From Tolypothrix carrinoi HA7290-LM1 (GTDB lineage: Bacteria > Cyanobacteriota > Cyanobacteriia > Cyanobacteriales > Nostocaceae), in the NCBI GenBank assembly GCA_019358935.1, contig JAHHIK010000003.1, forward strand, positions 64,001-128,000: a stretch of 64,000 nucleotides of DNA. The letters run 5' to 3'. How positions within the stretch are numbered: position 1 is the stretch's first letter; each line of letters begins with the position of its first letter. The notes under the pieces were generated by a model. That model saw nothing but the letters and a program-made list of their open reading frames with translations. It had not been told where the DNA came from and made no database searches. A program made the position numbers and the translations under genes. Positions 10,395 through 19,800 of the stretch are shown piece after piece.

Positions 10395-11480
10395 ATGTTA
10401 AAAACCTCTCAACCTGTGAAAACTCCCACGGTTGACCGTTTGCTCAATCTTTGGGCACAGCGCTACACAGTTGATTTATCGTCTCTATCTTTAGAAAACG
10501 GAGCATCCGCTGATTCGTTGCTTAAAGCCTCATCACCAGAGGGTCGAGCCGCAACCGCCACCAAGTTAAAGGATAATGTATTAGATATCAACTGCAACAT
10601 GGCATGGATACAAACAAAAACCCTTTACTCTTATATTCCTAACATTTTAGATTTGAACGAGGCAAGGCGCATAACTCAATTTGCCTTTAGGGTGTATAGA
10701 AAACTACTAGAAATTTATAAAAAACAGTCAATAAATACTGCCTCTGTGTCGGCTGAAAGTAAAGATAATTCCCTTAGTATATGGGGTATACCAGCAGTCG
10801 AAGAACTAGCATACGCTTTAGAACCAATATTAATGGTGTTTCAAGAACAACACATTGCATCTAAGGATTGGCGTGCCCTTGGTTTTTTGACAACGCAGTT
10901 GAATTTTAGCAATAGTTTAATTCTGAAAAAACTTACACCATCTGAAAAAATATTGCTTGCTTCTTACTTAAACTTTGTCGAAGAGCAAGTTGCGATGCCG
11001 TGGCAGCGAGTCTGCAATCAAAGTGCTAAATATAAATTCAATTCGCCTGAATTTATTATTGTAGAGCAAATGTTACCAGTTGCTAGGGATATTGCTCAAA
11101 GTGTTTATAATCAACTTGTAGAATTATTGCCCAATCATCGTAGCCGTCGAGGAACATTAAGTGATTCTGGTGTAACACACTCTTGCCTTCGTGACTTAAA
11201 TATGTTTCAGGCTTATTTATGGCTGTGTTTTTTAGAGAAGAGTATGGCATCATTTGAAGAAGAATTGCTGCCTTTATGTGAGATGGTTGTGGAGGGAGTG
11301 GAAATTAAATGGGAAATGACAGAAAAATGGTGTCAAGTATTAGGGGATGAAATTATTAGGCGTGTGAATCCAGAACAAAAAGCTTTGTTGCTGCCTTATA
11401 CTGAGCGAATGCAGGAGATATTTTTGCAAAAGCGATCGCGTTTGGGTTTTCGAGAGGAATCTGTTGGTAGTGGTGTTTGA
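10395..11480 (+). CDS. Conserved hypothetical alpha-helical protein
   Basis: 361-aa ORF with AGGA RBS. No recognisable catalytic motif. Contains a C-terminal SCLRDLNMFQAYL segment. Confidence 0.7.
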   Translation: MLKTSQPVKTPTVDRLLNLWAQRYTVDLSSLSLENGASADSLLKASSPEGRAATATKLKDNVLDINCNMAWIQTKTLYSYIPNILDLNEARRITQFAFRVYRKLLEIYKKQSINTASVSAESKDNSLSIWGIPAVEELAYALEPILMVFQEQHIASKDWRALGFLTTQLNFSNSLILKKLTPSEKILLASYLNFVEEQVAMPWQRVCNQSAKYKFNSPEFIIVEQMLPVARDIAQSVYNQLVELLPNHRSRRGTLSDSGVTHSCLRDLNMFQAYLWLCFLEKSMASFEEELLPLCEMVVEGVEIKWEMTEKWCQVLGDEIIRRVNPEQKALLLPYTERMQEIFLQKRSRLGFREESVGSGV

Positions 11481-11486
11481 TTAAAT

Positions 11487-11513
11487 CTCACGCAAAGGCG
11501 CAGAGGCGCAAAG
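11487..11513 (+). repeat. Solo copy of the CTCACGCAAAGG(CGCAAAGG)n repeat
   Basis: ctcacgcaaaggcgcagaggcgcaaag, near-identical to 16879-16905 and to the reverse complement of 17366-17392. Confidence 0.85.
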
Positions 11514-11532
11514 GAAGAGGAAAAATAGTGAA

Positions 11533-11561
11533 AGCCCCACGGTGAGTTCACTGAGGGGCTA
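11533..11561. terminator. Hairpin between convergent genes, probable terminator
   Basis: agcccc-acggtgagttcactga-ggggct stem with A/T flanks. Confidence 0.5.
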
Positions 11562-11587
11562 TTTACGATAATTGAAGATTTTGTATG

Positions 11588-11962
11588 TTATTTGAAGCTA
11601 CGCGCACCTTTGCCGCGATTGCAGTTGAAACACAGCGTTTGCAAGTTGCTAATGTGGTTAGTGCCTCCTTGAGAAAACGGTTTTTTATGATCGACCTCTA
11701 GGGTGACTTCTGGGGGAGTTTTACCACAAGAAACACATTTATGATTGTCTCTTTGGAGAACTGTAAAACGAACTGATAGGGGAATGTAACGCGATCGCTT
11801 ATTTGCTTGTTGCTTTGGCTGAGATTGAGATTTGGTAACAGGATATTTTTTCGCTTTTGCCTTCTTTACTTTCTCAGGCTTTGGCTCATTTACCAAAATT
11901 GCAAAATCCCGAATCATCCCTCGCACAAGTTTTTGCAGTGGATTTGGTAGCTTTTTCGGCAT
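11588..11962 (-). CDS. HNH endonuclease
   Basis: RFTVLQRD..KCVSCG...LEVDHKKP...GGTN..SNLQTLC..CN..KG. Confidence 0.9.
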   Translation of the reverse strand: MPKKLPNPLQKLVRGMIRDFAILVNEPKPEKVKKAKAKKYPVTKSQSQPKQQANKRSRYIPLSVRFTVLQRDNHKCVSCGKTPPEVTLEVDHKKPFSQGGTNHISNLQTLCFNCNRGKGARSFK

Positions 11963-11969
11963 TTACAGT

Positions 11970-12194
11970 TCAGTCAAAAAAGACTTTCTTAACTCCGAAA
12001 GCTGCGAGTCCAGCTGCTGCTACAACTCCTGCTGCTGGTAGTGCAACAACCGTTGTTGTTGTAAATCCTAAAACACCTAAAATTCCAGGAGCGGTAGAAG
12101 TAACTGTGGCTACTGTAATTGAGCCTAGACTAGCAGCTGCTGATGAAGCAGTTACAATAGCACCTACAGTCTTACTATCATCAGAATTTATCAT
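11970..12194 (-). CDS. Small Gly/Ala/Thr-rich hydrophobic protein
   Basis: 74 aa, ends AAGVVAAAGLAAFGVKKVFFD. 7-bp gap to the HNH gene. Confidence 0.65.
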   Translation of the reverse strand: MINSDDSKTVGAIVTASSAAASLGSITVATVTSTAPGILGVLGFTTTTVVALPAAGVVAAAGLAAFGVKKVFFD

Positions 12195-12220
12195 TTATTT
12201 GCCTTTTAGTATTTTTCAGA

Positions 12221-12430
12221 TTAGTTAAAAAGTTTCTTCAATCCATAAGCTGCTAGTCCAACTACCGCACCAGCAGCTACAACCGGAGCAGCACCAATGG
12301 CTACAGCAGTTCCTCCTACTGCTAAACCCATACCCCCAACTGTTGCAGCAACGCCTGCACCTGCTGCTGCTCCACCTGCTGCAAATGCCGCAGCTTCTTT
12401 AGCATCATCTTCTTTACGTTTTTTAGCCAT
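12221..12430 (-). CDS. Small glycine-zipper-like protein
   Basis: 69 aa with a basic N-terminus and G/A-xxx-G/A repeats, ends AAGAVVGLAAYGLKKLFN. AAGGTGG RBS upstream. Confidence 0.7.
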   Translation of the reverse strand: MAKKRKEDDAKEAAAFAAGGAAAGAGVAATVGGMGLAVGGTAVAIGAAPVVAAGAVVGLAAYGLKKLFN

Positions 12431-12689
12431 TATTTTTCCACCTTAATTTACGTGACTTCTAAAAAAGTAACATAAGGTTTTTTCTAACTACATTTGTGGT
12501 TTTACTTAAATGTTGAATTAACTTTTTGCCAAGCAGAAAAAAGCCAATATCCTTAAATACACCAGCTTATTTATAAAGAATTTAAACTATCATCACAATT
12601 CTTCAGTTGTGAAACCGATCGCTTCACACAACTGACACATTCTCCTCTTCTCTCTCTGCGCTCTCTGCGACTCTGCGGTTCGTTTCCTC

Positions 12690-12829
12690 CAAAACCCACA
12701 AAGCCAATGCTTCAACCCTGGCAACCGCTTCTTCTTTTGTCTGCCCATAAGCTAGTACACCAGGAAAATTAATCACCTCAGCTTATTGCGTCCATCCTCT
12801 TCTTGTTCAATTTCTATTGTGAAGTTCAT
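12690..12829 (-). pseudogene. hicB: Frameshifted HicB-family antitoxin
   Basis: MNFTIEIEQEEDGR, frameshift near 12783, then AEVINFPGVLAYGQTKEEAVARVEALAL. The 3' end runs into an aaccgcagagtcgcagagagcgcagag repeat. Confidence 0.75.
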
Positions 12830-13013
12830 AACCTCTGAAGGTATTGTAATATATGTAATTTTAGAGCAGCTGAGAAAGAAGTGCGATCGCTTTCTTACAT
12901 TTGTAGAGATTTGAAAAATGAACCGCCAAGATTGATTGTAGGCTCAATTTCATTTGGTTCAACTTAATCTACCATGACTTATTAAGTAAGTTTGGTAAAT
13001 TTTGCTCTTTGTT

Positions 13014-13646
13014 TTATTTTGAATTCCAATCTACTTCTCCAGGTTGCCTTGGTACATTATTCCAGTGTTGCCTTCCTTCTGCTGCTGTATGACAACCTGA
13101 ACCAAATTTGTCATGATTTAAGCCTAAAAAAACACATTTATCTTTATAACAACCAATTGCACCTGCAATGTGTTTCTCGTATAAGAGGTTATACCTGTGA
13201 CCTCTGCTATCCATCCAATTATCTACAGCATATGTCATTGGTTTCAACTTAATCCTAGTAAATATATTCTCTGAATATTTTTCATAGCCAAGAAGATTTT
13301 CAGCTAAATATTCTTCTTTGTTGAATCCATACTGATATTTCATCTTGTCTGAACAATTTCCCGTATGGGGATTTGTGTGGTTATAGTACTTGTATTGACT
13401 CATATCCTTGGCTCTAGCAACGGCTAGTTCAAACGCCTTTATATCAAAACTAATTGGTTTCTTTTTATATTGATTTATTAGCTCATTTACATAATGAATT
13501 GCGGCTTGAGAATCTTCTAGCGAATTTTTATAGTTATACAAAGTTTGATGTGGATTAAGTGCTGATGTCAAAGCTAACAATACTAAAAGAACATACCTCC
13601 ACCAGGTATTATTTTTGATAAATTTTATTCTTTTTCTACGTGCCAT
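13014..13646 (-). CDS. CAP (SCP) domain protein with N-terminal membrane anchor or signal
   Basis: RAKDM...YYNHTNP, AENL, WMDSRGHRYNLL. Confidence 0.8.
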   Translation of the reverse strand: MARRKRIKFIKNNTWWRYVLLVLLALTSALNPHQTLYNYKNSLEDSQAAIHYVNELINQYKKKPISFDIKAFELAVARAKDMSQYKYYNHTNPHTGNCSDKMKYQYGFNKEEYLAENLLGYEKYSENIFTRIKLKPMTYAVDNWMDSRGHRYNLLYEKHIAGAIGCYKDKCVFLGLNHDKFGSGCHTAAEGRQHWNNVPRQPGEVDWNSK

Positions 13647-13737
13647 AAGCTTTTACTTAAGAAATTGTATATCTTATAGGTCACTCTATTGAGTATCTTT
13701 AATAAGAGTGCTTTTAATTTAAAACAAAAACTTTTCA

Positions 13738-14937
13738 ATGACTTCAGTAGATTTTCCCAAACACAAAAAAGCCAAGGCTCTCAAAGCCTCTAGCCGACGC
13801 CCTGCTAAAGAACTTTGTAGCGAGTGCGGACTGTGCGATACATATTACATTCACTATGTCAAGGAAGCCTGCGCTTTTATAAATCAGCAAATAGGCGAAC
13901 TTGAAGAAGAAACACACGATCGCTCTCGCAATCTCGACAACCCCGATGAACTATACTTTGGTGTTCATCAACACATGATAGCGGCACGCAAACAGCAGCC
14001 CATCGCCGGCGCACAATGGACGGGTATTGTTAGCAGCATTGCCATTGAAATGCTGAATCGCGGCATAGTTGAAGGCGTTGTTTGCGTACAAAACACCAAA
14101 GAAGACCGCTTTCAACCGATGCCAATCATCGCCCGTACCGCAGAAGAAATACTAGCAGCGCGAGTAAATAAACCAACACTATCACCTAACCTTTCCGTCT
14201 TGGAACAGATAGAAAAATCGGGGATGAAGCGACTATTAGTAATTGGGGTTGGTTGCCAAATTCAAGCATTACGAGCCGTAGAAAAACAACTTGGGTTAGA
14301 AAAGCTGTATGTTTTAGGTACGCCATGTGTAGATAACGTTAACCGTGCCGGACTGCAAAAATTCTTAGAAACCACCAGCCGATCGCCTGATACTGTAGTA
14401 CACTACGAATTCATGCAAGACTTCCGAGTTCACTTCAAACATGAGGATGGCTCAACAGAAACCGTGCCTTTCTTTGGCTTAAAAACCAACAAACTCAAAG
14501 ATGTTTTTGCCCCTTCTTGCATGAGTTGCTTTGATTACGTCAATTCTCTGGCAGATTTGGTAGTCGGTTATATGGGCGCACCCTTCGGCTGGCAGTGGAT
14601 TGTAGTCAGAAATAATACAGGTAAAGAAATGCTGGATTTAGTGAAAGACCAGCTAGAAACCCAGCCGGTGATGTCGCAGGGAAACCGGAAAGAAGCCGTA
14701 CAACAAAGCATTCCCGCTTACGATAAAGGCGTTACCCTGCCCATGTGGGCGGCAAAACTGATGGGAGTCGTGATTGAAAAAATCGGTCCCAAAGGATTGG
14801 AATATGCGCGTTTTTCGATTGATTCTCATTTTACTCGTAATTATTTATACGTGAAGCGGAATCATCCAGAGAAGTTAGATGCACATGTTCCGGAGTTTGC
14901 CAAGCGTATTGTCGGGCAGTATAAATTGCCAGAATAA
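13738..14937 (+). CDS. bciB: 3,8-divinyl chlorophyllide 8-vinyl reductase (FrhB-like)
   Basis: PAKELCSECGLCD, GAQWTGIV, GVGCQ, GTPCVDN, SCMSCFDY.N.LADLVVGYMG. Confidence 0.9.
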   Translation: MTSVDFPKHKKAKALKASSRRPAKELCSECGLCDTYYIHYVKEACAFINQQIGELEEETHDRSRNLDNPDELYFGVHQHMIAARKQQPIAGAQWTGIVSSIAIEMLNRGIVEGVVCVQNTKEDRFQPMPIIARTAEEILAARVNKPTLSPNLSVLEQIEKSGMKRLLVIGVGCQIQALRAVEKQLGLEKLYVLGTPCVDNVNRAGLQKFLETTSRSPDTVVHYEFMQDFRVHFKHEDGSTETVPFFGLKTNKLKDVFAPSCMSCFDYVNSLADLVVGYMGAPFGWQWIVVRNNTGKEMLDLVKDQLETQPVMSQGNRKEAVQQSIPAYDKGVTLPMWAAKLMGVVIEKIGPKGLEYARFSIDSHFTRNYLYVKRNHPEKLDAHVPEFAKRIVGQYKLPE

Positions 14938-15230
14938 TACTTGTTTGCTGCGAGTAAATTAGAGACGCTTTTCAGTTATTTGTTGGGACACGATAATATC
15001 GTGTTCCTATTTTTTATCTGAAGAAATGAGAATTTTTATCAATATAAAATTTAGTTAGCATTACAGATATTTTCAGCTAAATAGATTATGCACTCAGAGC
15101 ATAGCAATGCTATGCGCCTACTAGAACAGATGTAATTAAAATTGCAGGGAAACTGCTGTATTTTAAAGAAATAATCAAACTAATACTTAAAAATAAATAA
15201 AAGTTTAAATTAAATTTTATAATATTGCTT

Positions 15231-15272
15231 CTTAAAACATAGTTAACACCGAGATTAACTGAGCTTAACTTT
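15231..15272 (+). promoter_or_regulatory. Putative Pho box (SphR-type TTAA repeats)
   Basis: cTTAAaac, gTTAAcac, aTTAActg and cTTAActt at 10-12 bp spacing upstream of phoX. The AT-rich context weakens the call. Confidence 0.45.
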
Positions 15273-15495
15273 AAAAGTATATTCTTTGGTTGCATTAACT
15301 TAGTTGAGTAGTTGTGGTAACAAAAAATTTTTAGGCAAAAAATTGAGAAATATTATGTGTTTTAACCATGCTCAAGAGTCAGCTTCGGCGTGAAAAAGCC
15401 AGAAATATTTCTCTTGTATAAATTTATAACACAGCCTAAATATTGCACAACATCTACTAATTTTTACAGACAAATAAAAGAATTATCAGTAAACT

Positions 15496-16857
15496 ATGGC
15501 TTTCTCACGAAGACAATTTTTTACTATTGCAGGTGCAACTGCTGCAACTCTTGTTGTTGGAGATACTTTAAAAGCTGTTTATGCTAAAGCCGCTCAAGGA
15601 AAATCGCTCACAGGTTCAGGCTATGGTTCGCTCAACCCAGATCCTGATGGCTTGTTAGACTTACCAGACGGATTTAAATACCGAGCATTTTCGCGGACAG
15701 GCGATATCATGGCTGATGGTAATCCCGTGCCTGGTGGTCATGATGGGATGGCTACTTTCGCTGGACCAAATCGCTCGGTTATCTTAGTTCGCAACCACGA
15801 ACTTAGCCCAAATTCCTTAACGCAAGTCATTGGACAAAAGTATGACGAGCTTTGTAAAGGTGGCACAAGTACATTAATCGTTAGCCCAAAGCGTGAACTG
15901 ATTAGAGATTACGCTTCACTAGCGGGAACTTACCGTAACTGTGCTGGTGGTCTAACTCCTTGGGGGTCATGGATTAGTTGTGAAGAAAACACCTCCACTC
16001 CAGAGACAACACCAGAGACGATAGAACAGCCAGCAAATTCTGGTATCTTCGTACCCAATCCGAACAGAGTTTCTAAGCGCCACGGTTATAACTTTGAAGT
16101 TCCAGCGCTTCGCAAACCTAAAAAGGGTACTGTTGACCCTGTACCATTAATAGAAATGGGTCGGTTCAACCACGAAGCCGTTGCCATCGACCCCAGAACA
16201 GGAATTGTCTATGAGACAGAAGACTCCGGAGATAGCCTGTTCTATCGCTTCATCCCCAATAAACCAGGCAAGTTAGAGGCAGGTGGTATCCTTGAGGCTC
16301 TCAAAATTAAGGATATGCCTCAAGTCATAACCAAGACTAATTTCCCTGTAAATGAACCAAAAGAAGTAGAGTGGGTTCGCATTGAAGATTACGATCCCCA
16401 AAAAGACACAGTGCGTAAAGAAGGCTTTGAGAAAGGAGCCGCACAATTTGCTCGCGGTGAAGGAATATGGTATGGCAACGGAGAGTTTTACTTTTGTTGT
16501 ACAAGTGGGGGTGCTAACAGTGGGGGTCAGGTTTGGCGTTACATTCCTGGCAGAAATGCCAGAGAGGGTGGCACTATTGAACTATTTGTCGAGCCAAACG
16601 ATAAAACCATACTAGATATGCCTGATAACATAGTCGTGGCTCCCTTTGGCGACCTCTTTCTTTGTGAAGATGGCAGCGACGAGCAGTTCGTTGTCGGGGT
16701 TACTCCTGGTGGGGAACTGTACCAGTTTGCTCGTAACGCTCTTAACGATAACGAGTTCGCTGGTGCTTGCTTCTCTCCAGATGGTCAGACGTTGTTCGTG
16801 AATATTCAAACCCCCGGAATCACTTTTGCTATTTGGGGACCTTGGAATAAGGCTTAG
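15496..16857 (+). CDS. phoX: PhoX-family alkaline phosphatase (DUF839), Tat-exported
   Basis: Tat signal SRRQFF. LVRNHE, NCAGGLTPWGSWISCEE, GRFNHEA, PDNI, EFAGACFSPDG.TLFVNIQ.PG. Confidence 0.88.
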   Translation: MAFSRRQFFTIAGATAATLVVGDTLKAVYAKAAQGKSLTGSGYGSLNPDPDGLLDLPDGFKYRAFSRTGDIMADGNPVPGGHDGMATFAGPNRSVILVRNHELSPNSLTQVIGQKYDELCKGGTSTLIVSPKRELIRDYASLAGTYRNCAGGLTPWGSWISCEENTSTPETTPETIEQPANSGIFVPNPNRVSKRHGYNFEVPALRKPKKGTVDPVPLIEMGRFNHEAVAIDPRTGIVYETEDSGDSLFYRFIPNKPGKLEAGGILEALKIKDMPQVITKTNFPVNEPKEVEWVRIEDYDPQKDTVRKEGFEKGAAQFARGEGIWYGNGEFYFCCTSGGANSGGQVWRYIPGRNAREGGTIELFVEPNDKTILDMPDNIVVAPFGDLFLCEDGSDEQFVVGVTPGGELYQFARNALNDNEFAGACFSPDGQTLFVNIQTPGITFAIWGPWNKA

Positions 16858-16878
16858 TATTTAGCAGGTAAAAAATAC

Positions 16879-17392
16879 CTCACGCAAAGGCGCAAAGACG
16901 CAAAGGAAGAAACTCTTTGCGACGGCAGTCGCTACAACGGGGGGAAAATACGCAACGCGCTGCCTCGACTTTGCGTGAGATTCTTATAAACCATTCACAA
17001 CCCGCGGGATACCGTCTTTGATAAGGAAAGCTCCGAAGTTGATGAGTAAACCAAGCCGCTTATTTGCAACGCGAAGGTAGGTTAGCAGTTGCTTCTTATG
17101 TACCGGATGAACTGCTTCCACAGATTTGAGTTCGACAATTACCTTATTTTCAACAATCAAGTCAGCCCGGAAGCCTACCTCCAGATGTACACCTTCATAA
17201 ACGACGGGTATGGGTTGGTCAGCTTCTATCCGCAATCCTCTATTACGTAACTCGTATTCCAAAACCGCCTGATATACCGATTCCAGCAACCCAGGTCCCA
17301 GAGTCGTGTGAATCTTGTACGCAGCATCAACAATTTCTTTCGCAACCTCATTTTCATTCATCTTTCTTTGCGCCTTTGCGCCTTTGCGTGAG
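16879..17392. mobile_element. GxxExxY gene module bounded by 27-bp inverted repeats
   Basis: 16879-16905 matches the reverse complement of 17366-17392 at 26/27 positions. A further partial copy lies at 16968-16980, interrupted by a different small repeat (16921-16966). Confidence 0.6.
16984..17361 (-). CDS. GxxExxY protein (PD-(D/E)XK-like fold)
   Basis: LGPGLLESVY, RADLIVE..VIVELKSV, QLLTYL, GLLINFG. Start placed at ATG 17361. Confidence 0.92.
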   Translation of the reverse strand: MNENEVAKEIVDAAYKIHTTLGPGLLESVYQAVLEYELRNRGLRIEADQPIPVVYEGVHLEVGFRADLIVENKVIVELKSVEAVHPVHKKQLLTYLRVANKRLGLLINFGAFLIKDGIPRVVNGL

Positions 17393-18628
17393 CTTTTCTT
17401 CAGCTTCTCCCACCGCATCGATCGCCGCTTCTAACGCGATCGCCACATGCGTCCAATGAGTTCCACCTTGGCAATAAACTACATACGGCTCCCGCAAAGG
17501 ACCATCGGCGGAAAACTCCGAAGTACTACCCTCAATAAACGTTCCCCCAGCCATCACTACCTGGCTTGAGTACCCAGGCATTTCATCGGGAACGGGGTCG
17601 AGGTAGGAACCGATGGGAGAATGCTGTTGTATCGCTTTACAAAAGGCAATCAGCTTTTTCGCGGAACCGAGTTTAATTGATTGAATCACATCGCGGCGGG
17701 GCGCAAAAGGTGCGGGATTCACCGGATAACCGAGTTTATCAAACACATAACCCGTGAGATGAGTGCCTTTCATCGCCTCTCCTACCATTTGTGGAGCGAG
17801 AAATAAGCCTTGGAAGAGAATGCGATTTTGGTCGAATGTCGCACCACCATAACTACCAATTCCCGGTGCGGTAAGGCGACATGCGGCTGCTTCTACTAAG
17901 TCGGCGCGACCGGCGACGTATCCGCCAGCGTTGACAATTGTCCCACCAGGATTTTTAATTAATGACCCCGCCATCAAATCAGCACCTACGGCGGTGGGTT
18001 CTTTGGTTTCGATAAATTCGCCGTAGCAGTTATCGACAAAACAAATAGTGTTGGGATTTTGCTGTTTGACTATGTGGATAATTTTTTCAATCTCAGCAAT
18101 TGATAAACTTGGACGCCACGAATAGCCACAAGAACGTTGAATTAATACTAAACGAGTATTATCTTTTACACCTTGACTTAACACTTGCCAATCGATTGTT
18201 CCTTCAGAGGTTAGATTTAATTGTCGGTAAGTTATGCCAAAATCAAGAAGTGAACCTTGATTTTCACCCCGTAAACCAATGACTTCTTCGAGAGTATCGT
18301 AGGGTGCCCCCACTACAGAAAGCATTTCATCCCCCGGACGGAGGACACCATATAAAGCACAAGCGATCGCATGGGTTCCGGATACAAACTGCACCCGCAC
18401 CACCGCCGCTTCAGCACCCATTACATCGGCAAAAACTTTATCTAAAGTTTCTCGTCCTAAATCATCATGACCATAACCACTTACACCAGCAAAATGGTGT
18501 GCCCCTACACGGCGATCGCGAAATGCATCCAGCACTCGTTTCAGATTATGCTTGACCTGAGCGTCAATTCCAGAAAAAATCTGTAATAGTGCCTGTTCTG
18601 CTTCTTGCAGCACCTCAAAGCTGTTCAT
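17354..18628 (-). CDS. Methionine gamma-lyase / aluminium-resistance family PLP enzyme
   Basis: GYGHDDLGRE, VSGTHAI, QRSCGYSWR, FVDNCYGEF, GSLIKNPGG, MAGGTFIEGSTSE.SADGP. Confidence 0.9.
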   Translation of the reverse strand: MNSFEVLQEAEQALLQIFSGIDAQVKHNLKRVLDAFRDRRVGAHHFAGVSGYGHDDLGRETLDKVFADVMGAEAAVVRVQFVSGTHAIACALYGVLRPGDEMLSVVGAPYDTLEEVIGLRGENQGSLLDFGITYRQLNLTSEGTIDWQVLSQGVKDNTRLVLIQRSCGYSWRPSLSIAEIEKIIHIVKQQNPNTICFVDNCYGEFIETKEPTAVGADLMAGSLIKNPGGTIVNAGGYVAGRADLVEAAACRLTAPGIGSYGGATFDQNRILFQGLFLAPQMVGEAMKGTHLTGYVFDKLGYPVNPAPFAPRRDVIQSIKLGSAKKLIAFCKAIQQHSPIGSYLDPVPDEMPGYSSQVVMAGGTFIEGSTSEFSADGPLREPYVVYCQGGTHWTHVAIALEAAIDAVGEAEEKLTQRRKGAKKDE

Positions 18629-18717
18629 CTGTTCCTCTTAAAAAAAAATACACATGCGGATCGATCGGATCTCGCGGTTCCTAACGTTCATTCATTTCCT
18701 ACTCAGGTGATTACTGC

Positions 18718-19533
18718 ATGACAATTGCTGCCTCAACTAAACCTCAAATCAACTGGGTAAACACCCTCTTTTTCCTTGCTCTGCACATCGGAGCTTTATT
18801 TGCACTGCTTCCTAGTAACTTTAGCTGGAAAGCTGTTGGCGTCGCTTTATTTCTTTACTGGGTGACTGGTGGCTTAGGTATTACTCTAGGATTTCACCGT
18901 CTTGTGACTCACCGCAGTTTTCAAACTCCCAAATGGCTAGAATATCTTCTCGTATTTTGCGGGACACTCGCCTGTCAAGGTGGACCCATCGAGTGGATCG
19001 GTACACACAGGATACACCATTTGCACTCTGACCAAAAAGCCGATCCGCATGATTCCAACGAAGGCTTTTGGTGGAGTCACATGGGTTGGCTAATTTATCA
19101 CTCCCCTGCTCATGCGGAAGCTCATCGCTTTACTAAAGACCTCAACGACGACCCAGTTTATCAGTTTTTACAAAAATATTTTATTGTCATCCAATTTGCT
19201 TTGGGTGGACTGCTTTTGTGGCTTGGTGGTTGGTCGTTTGTCGTTTGGGGAGTTTTTGCTCGCATTGTCTGGGTTTACCACTGCACTTGGTTGGTAAACA
19301 GCGCTACGCACAAATTTGGCTATCGCACTCACGATAGTGGCGATCGCTCAACTAATTGCTGGTGGGTAGCTGTTTTAGTATTTGGCGAAGGTTGGCACAA
19401 TAACCACCACGCTTATCAATACTCGGCTCGTCACGGGCTGGAATGGTGGGAAATCGATTTAACATGGATGACAATTCAACTGCTGCAAGCACTCGGTCTG
19501 GCTACGAATGTAAAGCTGGCACCAGGAAAGTAG
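18718..19533 (+). CDS. desC: Delta-9 acyl-lipid desaturase
   Basis: His boxes HRLVTH, HRIHH and HNNHH; GEGWHNNHH motif. Confidence 0.93.
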   Translation: MTIAASTKPQINWVNTLFFLALHIGALFALLPSNFSWKAVGVALFLYWVTGGLGITLGFHRLVTHRSFQTPKWLEYLLVFCGTLACQGGPIEWIGTHRIHHLHSDQKADPHDSNEGFWWSHMGWLIYHSPAHAEAHRFTKDLNDDPVYQFLQKYFIVIQFALGGLLLWLGGWSFVVWGVFARIVWVYHCTWLVNSATHKFGYRTHDSGDRSTNCWWVAVLVFGEGWHNNHHAYQYSARHGLEWWEIDLTWMTIQLLQALGLATNVKLAPGK

Positions 19534-19539
19534 CAAGTA

Positions 19540-19606
19540 CGTCAAGAGTCAAAAGTCAATAGTCAATAAACTCTTGACTTTTGACACTTGACTAATGACT
19601 AATAAT
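19540..19606. repeat. STRR-type heptamer repeats in inverted arrangement
   Basis: (agtcaaN)n followed by (ttgacNN)n and tgactaa units between desC and desA. Confidence 0.7.
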
Positions 19607-19800
19607 AAAAGACTTTCACCAATATTGATTCGTAAATCCCGAAAAAGCGGACAAAAGCGATTTACTGGTGCGCTATGCTCAGTTAGGTTGCTATAATCCA
19701 AAGCGCTAAGGTAATGTTACGAAATGCAATCAGTCTGTAGAGAGGCGAAAACTCGCGTCTTTAGTTCGGTAGTGTGAGGTTTGTTGTCTATCAGGTATTC

